Shown here: positions 49,545 through 50,342 of the stretch, piece by piece
How positions within the stretch are numbered: the stretch's first letter is position 1
Layout: every line of letters begins with the position of its first letter
NCBI GenBank assembly: GCA_038087875.1
Contig: JAXLNO010000028.1
Span: 62,001-112,342 of the forward strand
DNA length: 50,342 nucleotides
Reading direction: 5' to 3'
DNA from: Malacoraja senta
Lineage: Eukaryota
Made by a program: the position numbers and the translations under genes
The notes under the pieces: model-generated
What the model was told of the DNA's origin: nothing
Databases searched by the model: none
What the model saw: only the letters and a program-made list of their open reading frames with translations

Positions 49545-49715
49545 ATCATAGACTCAGAATTGTTCAACACAGAAATGCCCATCGGTCTACCTCACCCATT
49601 CCAACCACAATGCTTTTCTATGCAAATTTCAATTACCTGCATGATCCGTGTCAGTGATTCCTCCCCAAATGACTTTTAAATGTTGTAATTATATCTGCCT
49701 CCACCACCTCCTTTG
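49545..49715 (-). mobile_element. Old CR1 3' end remnant
   Basis: ttttaaatgttgtaattatatctgcctccaccacc resembles the reverse strand of the CR1 VVEA...FK region. Confidence 0.5.
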
Positions 49716-50342
49716 GGACCCCTTTTAGTGAGCTATAGATTTGCATCCCACAAAGGTGTCCAAACTTTGCTGCTTAGAATGTCTTTTTGGGTCAGAAGAT
49801 AAGACACAGTGGCTGGTGTATTGATGCTCAGCGGGGAATCATGCCTATTTCATGCAACTTATACAAACTTCTGAGCGGACAAGAGATCTGCGAGAACGCA
49901 GTGATAACTCTTACCCATGGGGGCCAAAACCTAGACAGAATGAGGCAACTATATTCCTCAAGATAAATATCTGCTCTAACTGATCACCTTTGAACTCTGC
50001 CATTTGCCCCTCCCACCTTCACCCAACACTACCATTCCAATGCATTACCAATAGTCCCATTCTTTACGATGTTACTTCATTCTGTACAGTCACGGACATA
50101 AAATAATGCAAATCCAAGCCACTTTGAGAAAATTAGTTGAAAAATATTTCCGTGAATTTGTTTAAATATTTGTGGTGAATTATAATTTGAATATTCTAAT
50201 CTCACTTCCAGCAAAACCGTTCCCCAGAGTACGAGCATTTTAAAATTTATTGGGCTCGTAATTTTTCCAAGTCATAGAGCAAGGAAATGGGCCCTTCTCC
50301 CCAACTTGCCCATGTCGACCACGATGCCAATCTACACTATTC

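Noticed and set aside
49900..49945. Possible upstream ACSBG2 exon at a minus-strand GTAAGA donor-like site
   Set aside because: The adjacent sequence does not encode the expected YTSGTTG..KGVMLSHDN motif.

Overview
Eukaryotic DNA from a cartilaginous fish, most likely a skate or ray (HE1/V-SINEs, elasmobranch-type CR1 families). The only host gene seen is an ACSBG2-like bubblegum acyl-CoA synthetase on the minus strand: three phase-consistent internal exons (41630-41800, 33053-33234, 31791-32024). No further exon was recognised in the first 31.8 kb or the last 8.5 kb, so the rest appears to be intron, mostly nested transposons. These are: three CR1 LINE families (one full-length copy a single frameshift from intact), three Mag-like Gypsy elements with tRNA-Leu primer sites, a BEL/Pao remnant, an L1 3' end, Rex1/Babar and Penelope fragments, a Tc1 IR/DR transposon, PIF/Harbinger-type non-autonomous elements, V-SINEs, an unassigned GC-rich non-coding retroposon family, and a cluster of non-autonomous Helitrons carrying minisatellites. 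The most notable signal is in the CR1 elements. ORF1 ends in a -1 ribosomal frameshift heptamer (U_UUA_AAC or G_UUA_AAC) directly before its stop in two divergent families. In family B, ORF2 lies in the -1 frame with no AUG until after its endonuclease domain, which suggests a retrovirus-style ORF1-ORF2 fusion in a LINE. Coordinates were read by eye and TE edges may be off by a few bases.
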